Positions 63,751 through 64,000 of a stretch of 64,000 bases of DNA are shown piece after piece. The stretch is from Deltaproteobacteria bacterium (GTDB taxonomy: Bacteria; Desulfobacterota; Binatia; UBA12015), in NCBI GenBank assembly GCA_046583355.1, contig JAYGCM010000073.1, forward strand, positions 1 through 64,000. Reading direction: 5' to 3'. Under the pieces are notes generated by a model. That model searched no databases. It was given only the letters and a program-made list of their open reading frames with translations, and was not told the DNA's origin. The position numbers were made by a program, and so were the translations under genes. Every line of letters begins with the position of its first letter. The first letter of the stretch is position 1.

Positions 63751-64000
63751 CCGACTGTGAACCCTTCAAGCGCGAGCACCAGCACGGCCGTGATCGCGAC
63801 ATTGGCCAGCCCGATCGGAAGCAGACGCTTCCAGCCGAGGTCCATGAGTTGGTCATAGCGGATACGCGGCAACGACCAGCGCACCAGAATCTGCAACCAA
63901 CAGAAGAAAAAGAGCTTGAGGAGGAAAGCGCCGACCTGCATCAGCGTAACCGCTAGCGCCGGCACATAGACATCGATTCCACCGGGGAATTGGAAGCCAC
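63747..64000 (-). CDS. nuoH: NADH-quinone oxidoreductase subunit H, C-terminal part (5' end outside window)
   Basis: VRWSLPRIRYDQLMDLGWKRLLP; the frame stays open to the window edge. Confidence 0.9.
   Translation of the reverse strand, partial: GFQFPGGIDVYVPALAVTLMQVGAFLLKLFFFCWLQILVRWSLPRIRYDQLMDLGWKRLLPIGLANVAITAVLVLALEGFTVG

Noticed and set aside
59907..63858. Long plus-strand ORFs (342, 650 and 199 aa)
   Set aside because: They are antisense to nuoM/L/K/J, which carry clear family motifs.

Overview
A gene-dense, GC-rich bacterial chromosomal segment with about 60 CDS. I found no rRNA, tRNA, CRISPR array, transposase or phage gene. The gene order (rpmE-prfA-prmC-murA-hisD...hisBHAF; nuoH-J-K-L-M-N) and the accessory content suggest a deltaproteobacteria-like lineage such as Binatia or Myxococcota; this is inference only. 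In order, the window holds: a five-gene glycosyltransferase cluster (GT-C, GT4, GT2, GT4, DPM-like GT2), an M6 metalloprotease, ettA, a lipid-modification trio (stand-alone CFA N-domain, GGR-like flavoprotein, CFA-type methyltransferase), a PhoU + Na/Pi transporter pair, cysC-nitroreductase-trxB-fbp-acyl-CoA ligase, a CDF transporter, an interrupted his cluster, translation genes, glpK, a degenerate CobS-like gene, a secreted zincin-like protein, MAPEG, an NSS transporter, an NTase-TPM-LemA operon, a methyltransferase/desaturase/acyltransferase group, a large secreted PHP hydrolase, an S1P-lyase-like PLP enzyme, an M20 peptidase, GT4, DJ-1/PfpI, rnr, a TetR-linked ADH/ALDH/LLM module and the 3' half of a nuo operon. 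Best hits: (1) two 'separate' ORFs at 29084-30289 are in frame across a UGA in a C-F-Y-UGA-T context, followed by a SECIS-like hairpin, so probably one 401-aa AhpD-like selenoprotein; (2) a CFA synthase split into two genes around a geranylgeranyl-reductase-like gene, a candidate methyl-branched fatty acid pathway.
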